Under the pieces are notes generated by a model. It did not search any database. It saw only the letters and a program-made list of their open reading frames with translations, and was not told the DNA's origin. Positions 34,921-44,500 of a DNA stretch of 50,467 nucleotides are shown here, piece after piece. The stretch comes from Gammaproteobacteria bacterium. GTDB taxonomy: Bacteria > Pseudomonadota > Gammaproteobacteria > Eutrophobiales > Eutrophobiaceae. The DNA lies in NCBI GenBank assembly GCA_047618295.1, contig JBLHKL010000001.1, positions 1-50,467 on the forward strand. Reading direction: 5' to 3'. The stretch's first letter is position 1. Each line of letters begins with the position of its first letter. A program made the position numbers and the translations under genes.

Positions 34921-35829
34921 ATGAAAGGTCACTATTTATTACATATGTTTAACCCAACAAAAAATGTTAGTCCGTTTGATGTCAATATGGCCTATGAAGC
35001 AGAGTTTGATGGTGTTATTCCTTATTCTGAAGTCGCGTTAGATGATATTCATGCTCTAACTCAAGACACGATTTTTTCACGTGGTACAAAAGGCGTTAAA
35101 CGAACCGGTATTTTTATCGGGGGCAGGGAATTTGGATTAGCAATTGATATGCTGAATCGGGCGAAGACGGCAATGGTCCCTCCATTTGAGGTTTCTGTCT
35201 TTGCTGACCCCAGTGGGGCAATAACAACGGCTGCAGCATTAGTAGCTTGTATAGAGCTGCAATTAAAAAAGAAGACAGGTGAATCGTTATCTGGGAAACG
35301 TATCGATATTATCGGTGGTACCGGCCCGGTTGGTGTCTGCGCCGGAATTTTAGCAGCAAAATGCGGAGCGACAGTCTACTTGACCAGTCGCAGAGGCGCT
35401 AAAGTAGCTACTGAGTACGCTTCAGAATACAACGCTCGCTTTGGCGTGAAGATGTTGGGTGCTGATAGCAGCACTGATGATAAGGTCATGGATTTTCTTA
35501 CAGAATCTAATATAGTCGTTGGCGCTGCGAAAGCAGGCATACAAGTGCTATCAAAGAGACAATTAGCTGAGGCAACTAATTTATTAGTTGCTGCTGATGT
35601 AAATGCAGTGCCTCCACTAGGCATTGAAGGTGTCGGTGTTCATGACATGGGCGTAGAGATGCCTGATACACCGCAAAATGCAGTTGGGCTTGGTGCCTTG
35701 GGTATTGGTGATATCAAATATAAGATTCATTTCAAGATGTTTGAAATGATGAAAAAAACAGACAAACCACTGTACCTTGATCATGAACGTGCATTTGATG
35801 TAGCCAGAGAAATTGTTAGCAAACTTTAA
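34921..35829 (+). CDS. mtdB: NAD(P)-dependent methylene-tetrahydromethanopterin dehydrogenase
   Basis: About 300 aa of the MtdA/MtdB family (NVSPFDVNMAYEA, IFIGGR, GGTGPVGVCAGILAA Rossmann). Position mptG-mtdB-ATPgrasp-mch matches the H4MPT clusters of methylotrophs. The MtdB versus MtdA call rests on context. Confidence 0.8.
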   Translation: MKGHYLLHMFNPTKNVSPFDVNMAYEAEFDGVIPYSEVALDDIHALTQDTIFSRGTKGVKRTGIFIGGREFGLAIDMLNRAKTAMVPPFEVSVFADPSGAITTAAALVACIELQLKKKTGESLSGKRIDIIGGTGPVGVCAGILAAKCGATVYLTSRRGAKVATEYASEYNARFGVKMLGADSSTDDKVMDFLTESNIVVGAAKAGIQVLSKRQLAEATNLLVAADVNAVPPLGIEGVGVHDMGVEMPDTPQNAVGLGALGIGDIKYKIHFKMFEMMKKTDKPLYLDHERAFDVAREIVSKL

Positions 35830-35886
35830 TATTGAATTTAAAGATTGAGATCCTCTTTAGAATCTTGTTCTGAGCGGGACTGATAG

Positions 35887-37008
35887 GTGGCTGAGCTTCT
35901 CATTGTTGCGCGTTCAGGAAGGGCGCTAGCTACATCAGCTTATCAAGCTGGATACAAAGTACATGTGTTGGATTGTTTTGCAGATGAAGATACAAAAACT
36001 GTATCGAAGACTACTCATCAGCTTCAGTATCATTGTGAAGGATTTGATAAGACAGAGTTAATGGAGCAAGTGAAAGGGCTGGTTTCTTGTTACCCAAAAG
36101 CAATGTTGGTTGTCGGTAGCGGGTTTGAGAACACGCCAGAGCTGCTTGAAAGTCTAGCGGAAATCATTCCTGTCATGAGCAATGATAATAGCACCATTCA
36201 CAGTTTGAAAGACCCTGTTGCCCTTTATGACCTGTTGAGACGTGCTTCTATCAAGGTGCCTGAGATTTCGTTAATACGACCAAGTAATTCTGAGGGTTGG
36301 TTGTTAAAAGAAATTGCAGGCATCGGTGGTGGTCATGTTAAATGGTTGTCACAAATAAACTTGAGCAGTGGTTCTGGTTATTATCAAAAGTACATCTCAG
36401 GCAATGTTTTAAGCGCAGTATTTCTAGCAAGAGAAACATATGCAACACTTGTGGGCATTAACGAACAATTACAATCAAAGCAATTTAACGAAATGCCTTT
36501 TCTGTTTAAAGGTGCAGTTAAATTAAATTCAGTTGATGAACAGCATAGACAAAATGTTATAGAAATTATTAATAAGATAACAAAGCAAACTGGTTTAAAG
36601 GGGCTTTGCGGTGTTGATTATATTGTTGAGGATTCTGGAGAGATTGTTGTGCTTGAGGTTAATCCAAGACCACCATCCTCTTTTGAATTGCATGAACAAC
36701 AATCTGTTTTATTCGATGCGCATCTAGCTTGTTTTGAGGGTAAAGAGATCGATTGTCAGTTTAGTCAGGATAATCAATCAAAAGGTTATGTTATTTATTA
36801 TGCAAAACAAGACATTAAAATTAACAGTAATATAGTTTGGCCAAGCTGGGTTAAAGACAAGCCCTCTATTGGTTCTACTATTGCAGAAAAATCCCCTGTA
36901 TGTACTGTTCATGCAGAGGACGAATCGGCAAGGAATGTTAAGGCTGTTTTGCAGAAACAATTAAATTATATTGAAACAGTTATTATGGCAGAGCAACATG
37001 CTGCCTGA
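35887..37008 (+). CDS. ATP-grasp family protein of the H4MPT cluster (orf5-like; cofactor biosynthesis ligase, exact reaction unknown)
   Basis: ATP-grasp blocks (LLKEIAGIGGGHVKW, YQKYISG, GLCGVDYIV.....VVLEVNPRP). Conserved position between mtdB and mch. Coordinates taken from the ORF track. Confidence 0.7.
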   Translation: MAELLIVARSGRALATSAYQAGYKVHVLDCFADEDTKTVSKTTHQLQYHCEGFDKTELMEQVKGLVSCYPKAMLVVGSGFENTPELLESLAEIIPVMSNDNSTIHSLKDPVALYDLLRRASIKVPEISLIRPSNSEGWLLKEIAGIGGGHVKWLSQINLSSGSGYYQKYISGNVLSAVFLARETYATLVGINEQLQSKQFNEMPFLFKGAVKLNSVDEQHRQNVIEIINKITKQTGLKGLCGVDYIVEDSGEIVVLEVNPRPPSSFELHEQQSVLFDAHLACFEGKEIDCQFSQDNQSKGYVIYYAKQDIKINSNIVWPSWVKDKPSIGSTIAEKSPVCTVHAEDESARNVKAVLQKQLNYIETVIMAEQHAA

Positions 37009-37044
37009 AACTTATAAACTAAATCTAGAAATGAGGAAGAAAAA

Positions 37045-38019
37045 GTGAGCAAGCAAATATCATCTCCTAGTCTTAATGCTTTGACAGCACCTTTAGTTGA
37101 TAACTTAGTTGTTAATGCATCGGCATTACGATTAGACATCACCAAGCTGGATAATGGTTGTCGTATTATTGATGCGGGAATTAACGTGCCGGGCGGACTA
37201 GAAGCGGGAAGATTAATTGCAGAAATATGCATGGGCGGATTGGGAACGGTAAAATTACGAGCATCAACAAATTTTCGCAACTGGTCGTGGCATCTGGATG
37301 TACATAGCACGAACCCAGTCTTGTCATGTTTGGGTAGCCAATATGCCGGGTGGAGTTTGAGTCACGGTGAGGGAAAGGGTGCATTTAATGCCTTGGGCTC
37401 AGGACCAGCTCGCGCTATCGGGAGTAGTGAAGAACTTTACGATGAACTGGGATATCGTGATTCAGGAGAGCATGCTTATATAGTCATTGAAGCGGATAAA
37501 ATTCCACCGGTAGAAATTGCGGATAAAATAGCTGAGAAATGTGGCATTGCTACTTCTGCATTAACCATAATAATGACACCGACATCGAGTTTGGCAGGTT
37601 CTGTACAGGTGGTAGGTAGAGTATTGGAAACGGCACTACATAAAGCACATGCATTACATTTTCCATTAGAAAATATTATCGATGGTGCTGGCAGTGCTCC
37701 TATCTGTCCTCCATCGAAAGATTTTTTAACGGCCATGAGCAGGACTAACGATTCAATTTTATTTGCGGGTCAAATACAGTTATTTGTTGAAGCCAGTGAT
37801 GATGATGCCAGAGATTTAGCCAATAAATTGCCGAGTAGTTCATCTAATGACTATGGAAGACCCTTTGGTGAAATTTTCAAAGATGTTGGTTATGATTTTT
37901 ATAAGGTTGACCCGATGTTATTTAGTCCGGCACAAGTTGCTGTGAGTTCGTTAACTACAGGGCATACATTCCATGCCGGAAAGATTGATCTTGATTTGCT
38001 GGATAAATCATTTAATTAA
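37045..38019 (+). CDS. mch: Methenyl-tetrahydromethanopterin cyclohydrolase
   Basis: 324 aa. [11 protein letters not shown]..., [39 protein letters not shown]: typical Mch. GTG start. Confidence 0.9.
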   Translation: MSKQISSPSLNALTAPLVDNLVVNASALRLDITKLDNGCRIIDAGINVPGGLEAGRLIAEICMGGLGTVKLRASTNFRNWSWHLDVHSTNPVLSCLGSQYAGWSLSHGEGKGAFNALGSGPARAIGSSEELYDELGYRDSGEHAYIVIEADKIPPVEIADKIAEKCGIATSALTIIMTPTSSLAGSVQVVGRVLETALHKAHALHFPLENIIDGAGSAPICPPSKDFLTAMSRTNDSILFAGQIQLFVEASDDDARDLANKLPSSSSNDYGRPFGEIFKDVGYDFYKVDPMLFSPAQVAVSSLTTGHTFHAGKIDLDLLDKSFN

Positions 38020-38021
38020 AC

Positions 38022-38954
38022 ATGGTGAAAGCATCACAAAGAAAAATTGCCATAGTTACTGATGATCCTGGGTGGCATGGCAGGCAATTAACAACATCGC
38101 TCAAAGAACACGGCTATGAGAGCCAATATGTTTCCTTGACAGATTGTATTATTGAAATCAACGGTGAGGGCAATGAAATCACTTTTCCAGGATTTGATAC
38201 GCATCCACTGGGTATTTTCGTAAGAGGAGTGCCTGGCGGTAGTCTGGAGCAAGTGATCTTTCGTTTAGATATTTTGCACGCACTATATATGTCAGGAGTT
38301 ACGGTTTATAACACCCCACGAGCAATAGAACGTACGGTGGATAAACCGCTTACCAGTTTGTTGTTAAGCCGAGCTGGCTTACCTACGCCCACTACATGGA
38401 TATGTGAAACTCCAGAACATGCCAGATCAATACTTGAAAAAGAAACATCAAAAGGTGGTCAACTAATTTTAAAACCATTGTTTGGTTCACAAGGGATTGG
38501 CATACATCTGGTGGATAATAAAACAGGATTGATTCACGATGAAAAATTCGCTGGCATATATTATTTGCAGCGATTTATTGAACGGCAAAATAATGAGTAC
38601 ACGGATATACGCGTACTGGTTATTGATGGTATCGCTAAAGCGGCAATGTTACGCCGTGGACAAGAGTGGGTTACTAATCGTGCACAAGGGGCGATCTGTG
38701 AGCCATTAGTTATGGATAAAATTATTGCTGATTTGTCAGAATCGGCGTGTAAGGTATTAGATATCGATTATGCTGGAGTAGATCTCATGCAAGATAAAAA
38801 CGGACAATTTTATATCATTGAGGTAAACAGTATTCCTGCCTGGTATGGCCTACAAGGAGTTGTCGGTTTTAATATAGCCTCTTGTTTGATTGATTCATTT
38901 ATCAAGCATGTTGCTGAGAACAATCAATTAAAAGCATGTTCAGATCTGAACTGA
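38022..38954 (+). CDS. RimK-type ATP-grasp ligase, probable tetrahydromethanopterin:alpha-L-glutamate ligase
   Basis: RimK-like blocks (LILKPLFGSQGIG, YLQRFI, DIRVLVIDG, GVDLM......YIIEVNSIP). H4MPT cluster context (MptN-like, orf7-like). Confidence 0.7.
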   Translation: MVKASQRKIAIVTDDPGWHGRQLTTSLKEHGYESQYVSLTDCIIEINGEGNEITFPGFDTHPLGIFVRGVPGGSLEQVIFRLDILHALYMSGVTVYNTPRAIERTVDKPLTSLLLSRAGLPTPTTWICETPEHARSILEKETSKGGQLILKPLFGSQGIGIHLVDNKTGLIHDEKFAGIYYLQRFIERQNNEYTDIRVLVIDGIAKAAMLRRGQEWVTNRAQGAICEPLVMDKIIADLSESACKVLDIDYAGVDLMQDKNGQFYIIEVNSIPAWYGLQGVVGFNIASCLIDSFIKHVAENNQLKACSDLN

Positions 38955-38956
38955 AT

Positions 38957-39796
38957 ATGGATAGAAAGGCGTTAGAAAACGCGGTTATGGCTAGTTTTGT
39001 GGGAGAGTTGGAAGCTTTCAAACCTGGGAATGTTAGTTTCTATGCTGATGGGCATGATATGACTGTCCTTGATTTTCAGAAGAGTGCTAAGGTTTCTGTG
39101 CCATTACTTTGTGAAGGGAACAATAGTTTAGGTCAACGAATATTGGATAGTGTTTGTGCAACGCAAGTTGCAGTTGGATGTAATACCAACTTAGGCATGT
39201 TATTACTTTTTGCGCCTATAATTATGGCAGCAGAATCTGGGTTCAAAGATAGTATTGAGCTACATAAAAAACTAGAATACACATTAAGTTCCATAAAGAA
39301 AACTGATACAGAACAAGTATTTGAGGCCATAAGGTTAGCAAGCCCAGGAGGTTTAGGTAGTGTCAATTCACATGATGTAAATAAGAAGCCTGACTGCACT
39401 TTACTTGAAGCAATGGAACTAGCTCGTCATCGGGATTCTGTTGCGTTGCAATATGCGAATAATTTTCGGGAAATATTTAACATTGGTCTGGTTGACATTA
39501 AAAACTTTGAGAAACGTTGGAATAGTGTAAAATGGTCCACCGTTTCATGTTATTTGAATTTTATGTCGACGGTGACAGATTCACACATAGAACGAAAATT
39601 TGGTCGAGAGATAGCTGAGATAATAAAAATAAAAAGTAAGGTCATTGCTGGAAGTTTCAATAATTCTAGCGACCCTGAAAATAACATTGGACTGTTACAG
39701 AGTTTCGACGAGGAACTCAAAACAAAAAGCTATAATCCAGGAACTAGCGCTGACCTAACTGCGGCAAGTCTATTGGTTTATAATTTGACCATATAG
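38957..39796 (+). CDS. Triphosphoribosyl-dephospho-CoA synthase (CitG)-family protein of the H4MPT cluster
   Basis: EL.AFKPGNVS, N.NLGMLLL.AP, PGTSADL blocks typical of the CitG/MdcB family. The ATG at 38957 lies just after the upstream stop; the track start at 38936 overlaps the upstream gene. Confidence 0.7.
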   Translation: MDRKALENAVMASFVGELEAFKPGNVSFYADGHDMTVLDFQKSAKVSVPLLCEGNNSLGQRILDSVCATQVAVGCNTNLGMLLLFAPIIMAAESGFKDSIELHKKLEYTLSSIKKTDTEQVFEAIRLASPGGLGSVNSHDVNKKPDCTLLEAMELARHRDSVALQYANNFREIFNIGLVDIKNFEKRWNSVKWSTVSCYLNFMSTVTDSHIERKFGREIAEIIKIKSKVIAGSFNNSSDPENNIGLLQSFDEELKTKSYNPGTSADLTAASLLVYNLTI

Positions 39797-39971
39797 TAAA
39801 AGATATAATTAAAGAATTTACGACAAATACGGGCAAAAAGATCTTTTCTTTTTGCTAGTTATACTGGGTGGGGGTTATATCCCTTGTTAATTTTAAATTT
39901 AAATAAATAGGAAGGCGGCGATGTCTATATTAGCTAAATTATGTGGCTTTCTAACTGGAGGAGATAAAAAA

Positions 39972-40484
39972 ATGGCAGTCATTGATAGAGTATTAATTGG
40001 TGAAGCATTGGTGGGTGACGGTAATGAAGTTGCACACATTGACTTAATGATGGGTCCACGTGGTAGCGCAGCTGAAGCAGCTTTCGCAAACGCATTGACC
40101 AACAACAAAGATGGTTTCAGTACCTTATTGGCAGTTGTTGCTCCAAACTTGCTTTGTAAGCCTAATACCATTCTTTTCAACAAAGTTACTATTAAAGGTT
40201 CAAAGCAAGCAGTTCAAATGTTTGGCCCTGCGCAACGTGGTGTAGCTATGGCGGTTATGGATTGTGTTGAAGATGGCACTATCCCTGCTGATGAAGCTGA
40301 TGATATCTTTATTTCAGTTGGTGTTTTCATTCATTGGTTAGCTGAAGATGATGCAAAGATTCAAGACTACAATTATGAAGCGGTCAAACTTTCAATTAAG
40401 AGAGCAGTTGCTCGTGAGCCTAAAGCTGCAGAAGTTGTTAGCAAGAAAGGTTCAGCTGAACATCCATTCGCAGCACACGCTTAA
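39972..40484 (+). CDS. fae: Formaldehyde-activating enzyme
   Basis: [32 protein letters not shown]..., [39 protein letters not shown]....VGVFIHW, HPFAA: near-collinear with M. extorquens Fae (about 170 aa). GGAGGAG RBS 8 nt upstream. The track start at 39921 is too long. Strongly biased codon usage. Confidence 0.95.
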   Translation: MAVIDRVLIGEALVGDGNEVAHIDLMMGPRGSAAEAAFANALTNNKDGFSTLLAVVAPNLLCKPNTILFNKVTIKGSKQAVQMFGPAQRGVAMAVMDCVEDGTIPADEADDIFISVGVFIHWLAEDDAKIQDYNYEAVKLSIKRAVAREPKAAEVVSKKGSAEHPFAAHA

Positions 40485-40539
40485 TTATTAACTAATAAAG
40501 CGTAAGTGTTGCTGAATTAGTTTTCAGCAAAAAATAGAT

Positions 40540-40570
40540 GCCTCGATTAGTAATAATCGGGGCATTTTTA
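40540..40570. terminator. Terminator hairpin between convergent fae and the response-regulator gene
   Basis: GCCTCGATT-AGTAAT-AATCGGGGC forms a 9-bp stem (one G-U pair), followed by CATTTTTA on the plus strand and a T-rich stretch on the minus strand. Confidence 0.65.
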
Positions 40571-40586
40571 CGTACAGGATGTAATG

Positions 40587-41504
40587 TCAGTGAAGTCGAC
40601 GGTTCTTATCAGGTGTGCTATCAGGAGAAGGAGTTGCATCGTCCTCCGGTGTGCCAGCGCCAATAACCTGGAGCCTCTCTTCACTCTTCTTTAATGCGAA
40701 TTCAATCTGTTTTCGTTTGCTAATATCCCACACGGTGGCTTGAATTACATCCTGCCCACTTAATGACAGACGCGTTAGTAGTATTTCTGCAGGAAAATTC
40801 TCCCCTGTGGAGCGCCGATAAAGCCATTCGAATGAGTGTGAATTATTTTGATAAGCTAATTCGATCATTTCATTTGCGACTTCTTCTGAACTCCTACCAT
40901 CGGGCTGTGTTGGGGGAGAGAAATTGCTGAGTTGAGTGTCTATGACTTCTTCACGAGATTTATAAGCAAACATCTTCAGAGCTGATGAGTTGCAATCGAA
41001 GCAAATATTGTTATTGAGCAATAAAATGGCATCGTCTGATGACTCATAAACTGTTCTGTATTTGCTTTCATTCTCTTGTAATTCTTTGTTGCGGATGCCT
41101 ACAGATTCTTTGCGGCTTTCACCCATTTGATAAAGTACGAGTTGAGCAGATACGCGTGCCAGCACATCTCCGCGACGAATTGGCTTGGTGATAAAGTCTA
41201 CGCCCCCGACCTCAAATCCGCGCAACCTATCTTGTGTTTCTTGTAGGGCAGTAATGAAGATAATGGGAACGTTTGCCGTGCTCTCATTCTGTTTTAGTTG
41301 ACGACACACTTCGAAACCATCCATGCCAGGCATCATGATATCTAACAGGATGAGATTGGGTGGGTTCGCCAGTGCTGATTCTATTGCCATTTCCGGTACT
41401 CGAGTTGGGCGCACCATGTAACCTTCGTCCTCCAGTAGACCAGCCAACAACTGCAGGTTAGCGGGAGTATCGTCAACAATCATAACTTCACCACGATTAC
41501 TCAT
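40587..41504 (-). CDS. Response regulator: receiver domain + coiled linker + PAS domain, no DNA-binding output
   Basis: REC motifs (VMIVDDTPANL, LILLDIMMPGMDG, PIIFITA, K at FITKP) followed by a PAS-like region (YESSDDAILLL...WDISKRK). The ATG at 41504 is preferred; the track start at 41582 is a TTG overlapping the kinase stop. Confidence 0.8.
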   Translation of the reverse strand: MSNRGEVMIVDDTPANLQLLAGLLEDEGYMVRPTRVPEMAIESALANPPNLILLDIMMPGMDGFEVCRQLKQNESTANVPIIFITALQETQDRLRGFEVGGVDFITKPIRRGDVLARVSAQLVLYQMGESRKESVGIRNKELQENESKYRTVYESSDDAILLLNNNICFDCNSSALKMFAYKSREEVIDTQLSNFSPPTQPDGRSSEEVANEMIELAYQNNSHSFEWLYRRSTGENFPAEILLTRLSLSGQDVIQATVWDISKRKQIEFALKKSEERLQVIGAGTPEDDATPSPDSTPDKNRRLH

Positions 41505-41578
41505 TTCAGTTTCTCTCAATTTTTGACTAGTGTCTGTGAATGCCAGTAGTTTTTCACAATTATCAGTTGATTGGTAGT

Positions 41579-44500
41579 TCAATGATGAATCCGGTCACTC
41601 TCGTTCAGCAGCTTCATTATTTGATCGAAGCTGAATTCCTCTACGAGTAATTGTAGTCCATCAGCAGTCTCAGGATGATTGCTACGAATACGTTCAACCA
41701 CTTGATTGGTAGCAGAAGCATCCAGATATTGAGCTGGTCGTCGCAATGCTTCTCTCAAGTGAGCAGGTAATCCGGCTATCATTTCAGCTGTAAGAATTGC
41801 GGTCTCTGCCAAAGTCGCTTGATTCTGAGCCTCATAGATGTAGCGTGCACCCAGCTGTTGAGCCATGGACTCGAAGATCTCAAAACTCTGAACTGGCTTG
41901 TGTACAACATCGTCGCAACCCGCTTCTATTATATTTTTCCGCTGCTCCTTGAAGGCGCTGGCAGTGATAGCAACTATCTTAACCGCGTCACCACCAGGTA
42001 ATTCTCGTATTGTAGCAGTGGCTTTATAGCCGTCCATTACGGGCATGCGCATATCCATCCAAATAAAGTGCGGTTGCCATTCTTGAAACAATGTGACCGC
42101 TTCTTTACCATTTTCAGCCTCCCTTGTTTCAAAGCCTGCTTGGTGCAATATACTACTAAGTAATAGTCGGTTTTCCGCACTATCTTCCACTACAAGAATT
42201 CGCCATGCAGGTTGCCCAGACTCTAATCCAATAACAGTTCGTCTGAATGCTTTCAGATCAACAACTTCCGCAGCCTCAGCCAGTGCTACTGGTATATTGA
42301 CATGAAACAGAGACCCCTTGCCGATTTCACTTTCTGCACTAATCTCGCCATCAAGTAATTCAACAAATGATTCAATAATAGCTAAACCAAGGCCAGTGCC
42401 TTTGGTGTTAGTTTTAAATCGTTTTGCCTGAACAAAGGGCTCGAAGATTCGCTCCATTTGTTCCGGTGCTATGCCTGGTCCTGTATCCTGAACCTCAAGA
42501 TGTAGAGTAATCATACTTGTATTGCCCTTTAGAGCTTGTGTACTTGCTCGCAGAGTAATACTACCTTCGGTGGTGAATTTCACTGCATTACCGAGTAGAT
42601 TGAATAATATTTGACGCAACTTGCTAATATCGGATGTTATATAAGGGGCAAGTGAAGGATCGCGATCCAGATAGAAACGCAGTCCGGCATTCTCTGCACG
42701 AGCCTGAAACATCAGTCCAATATCTTGTAGCATCTGCGGCAATTCGAAGGCCTGAGGTTCAAGTTCTACACGACCAGCCTCTATCTTTGATAGATCTAGA
42801 ACGTCGTTGATCATCTCCAACAGGTGTTCTCCACTGTGATTGATGATGGTGATCTTCTCTTTTTTATTACCAGTTATCTCGGCGTCACGGCTCAGCATCT
42901 CGGAAAAACCAAGGATTGCATTCAGTGGAGTACGTAATTCGTGTGACATATTAGCCAGAAAAGTACTCTTGGCTCGGTTGGCAGCATCTGCATCATCTCT
43001 TGCCTTTCTTAGACGTGCTTCGCTTTCGGATAATGCTGCTGTTTGCCGCCGCATGACTTGAACCCATGCCAGGACTACAGCTAGGATAATCAGGAATACT
43101 AGCGCCGTTTTCCACACAAGCTCGTAGTCAGTTTTTTGTTGGAAATCCACCGTCATCCAGCGGTTACGGATGTTTTTATGTTCTTCCGCTGTCATAGCAA
43201 TGATGCTCTTATCGATGATAGATGCCAATTCGGGCCAATCCTTACGCACTGCGATCGATAAATTATTAGGTTCGAAAGGGGCAGGTGCCGCAACTACGAT
43301 ATTCGGCAAACCAAGCTCAAGGCTTAAATAATGTCCCGCCATCAGGTTGCTTACATAAGCATCTGCTTGCCCGGCAGCCAATGTTTTGAGTGCATCAGTA
43401 GTAAAGTCAGTTTCAATTAGTTCTAAATCGGGAAACCGCTTTTTCAATAAATCATGGATAGCATAATTTCTCTCCACCACTACGCGTTTACCAAGAAGAT
43501 CCTCCATATGTAATATACGATCACTATGTTGTCGTTGGAATATAACAAACGGTGAGGCGATATAGGATTGGGTAAAGCTCGCCAGTTGTTCTCGCTCAGC
43601 ATTTCGTTGCCAGCCCGGTTGGATTGCAATACCGCCAGGGCTTTGCATAGAGTCAATGGACTCAGACGTGGTTAAGCCCTGTGCAAAATCGCATTCAAGG
43701 TCGTGAGCCATACACATGACGCGAACGTAGTCTATAGATATACCTTGAGGCATTTCATCAGCGAGAAAGTGAAAGGGGGGATAATCTCCCACCTGTACAG
43801 GTACCCTGAGTCTAGATGATAGCCATTTGTGTTCCTGGGCGCTCAATTGTACTTGTTGTCTGATGCGAAATGCCAGTGGGGCAAGGTTCGGATAGGATTC
43901 AAGCCAAGCCTTATCTTTTGCCGTCAGCACGACCGGCGCATTTTTTTCCTTGTCATTTAATCGCGTCCAGGTGCTGACAGTGGCATTGACCTTGGCCTGG
44001 TCAATAGCAGCAAGCGCTTTATTCATTATTGAAACCACTTCTGAAGATTTACTACTAATGGAAGCAACGCCAACGGCGCTGTATTGTTTTAAAAAATAGA
44101 CTGGTTCAATATCAACAAGAAAATGCTTTCCAATAAGGTAATTATGATAGCTGAGTCCAAAGGCGATATCAGCTCTTCCCCGTAGTACCAGTGTCATCAT
44201 CTCTTGTGCAGATCCCGTTTCGATGATTTCAATCTGGTCTTTGTATTGAGCTAAGGTTTTTTCTATAACATCGATGCCTTTATGTACGGCAATCCTTTTT
44301 CCAATCAGGTCATCGGTACTGTTGATCTCGAACGGAGCATCGGTTCTGGCAAAGATTGCAGGCGTTCCTTTTACAATCGCTGTGGAATATGGCAAGCCAA
44401 TCGACTCTGCCAAAGCGGGAGGAGAGGCTAGCAGACCATTTATTTTTCCTTGTTTTGCTTTTTCGATTGTTGAAGGCCAGCTATCGCTTTTGATATTTAT

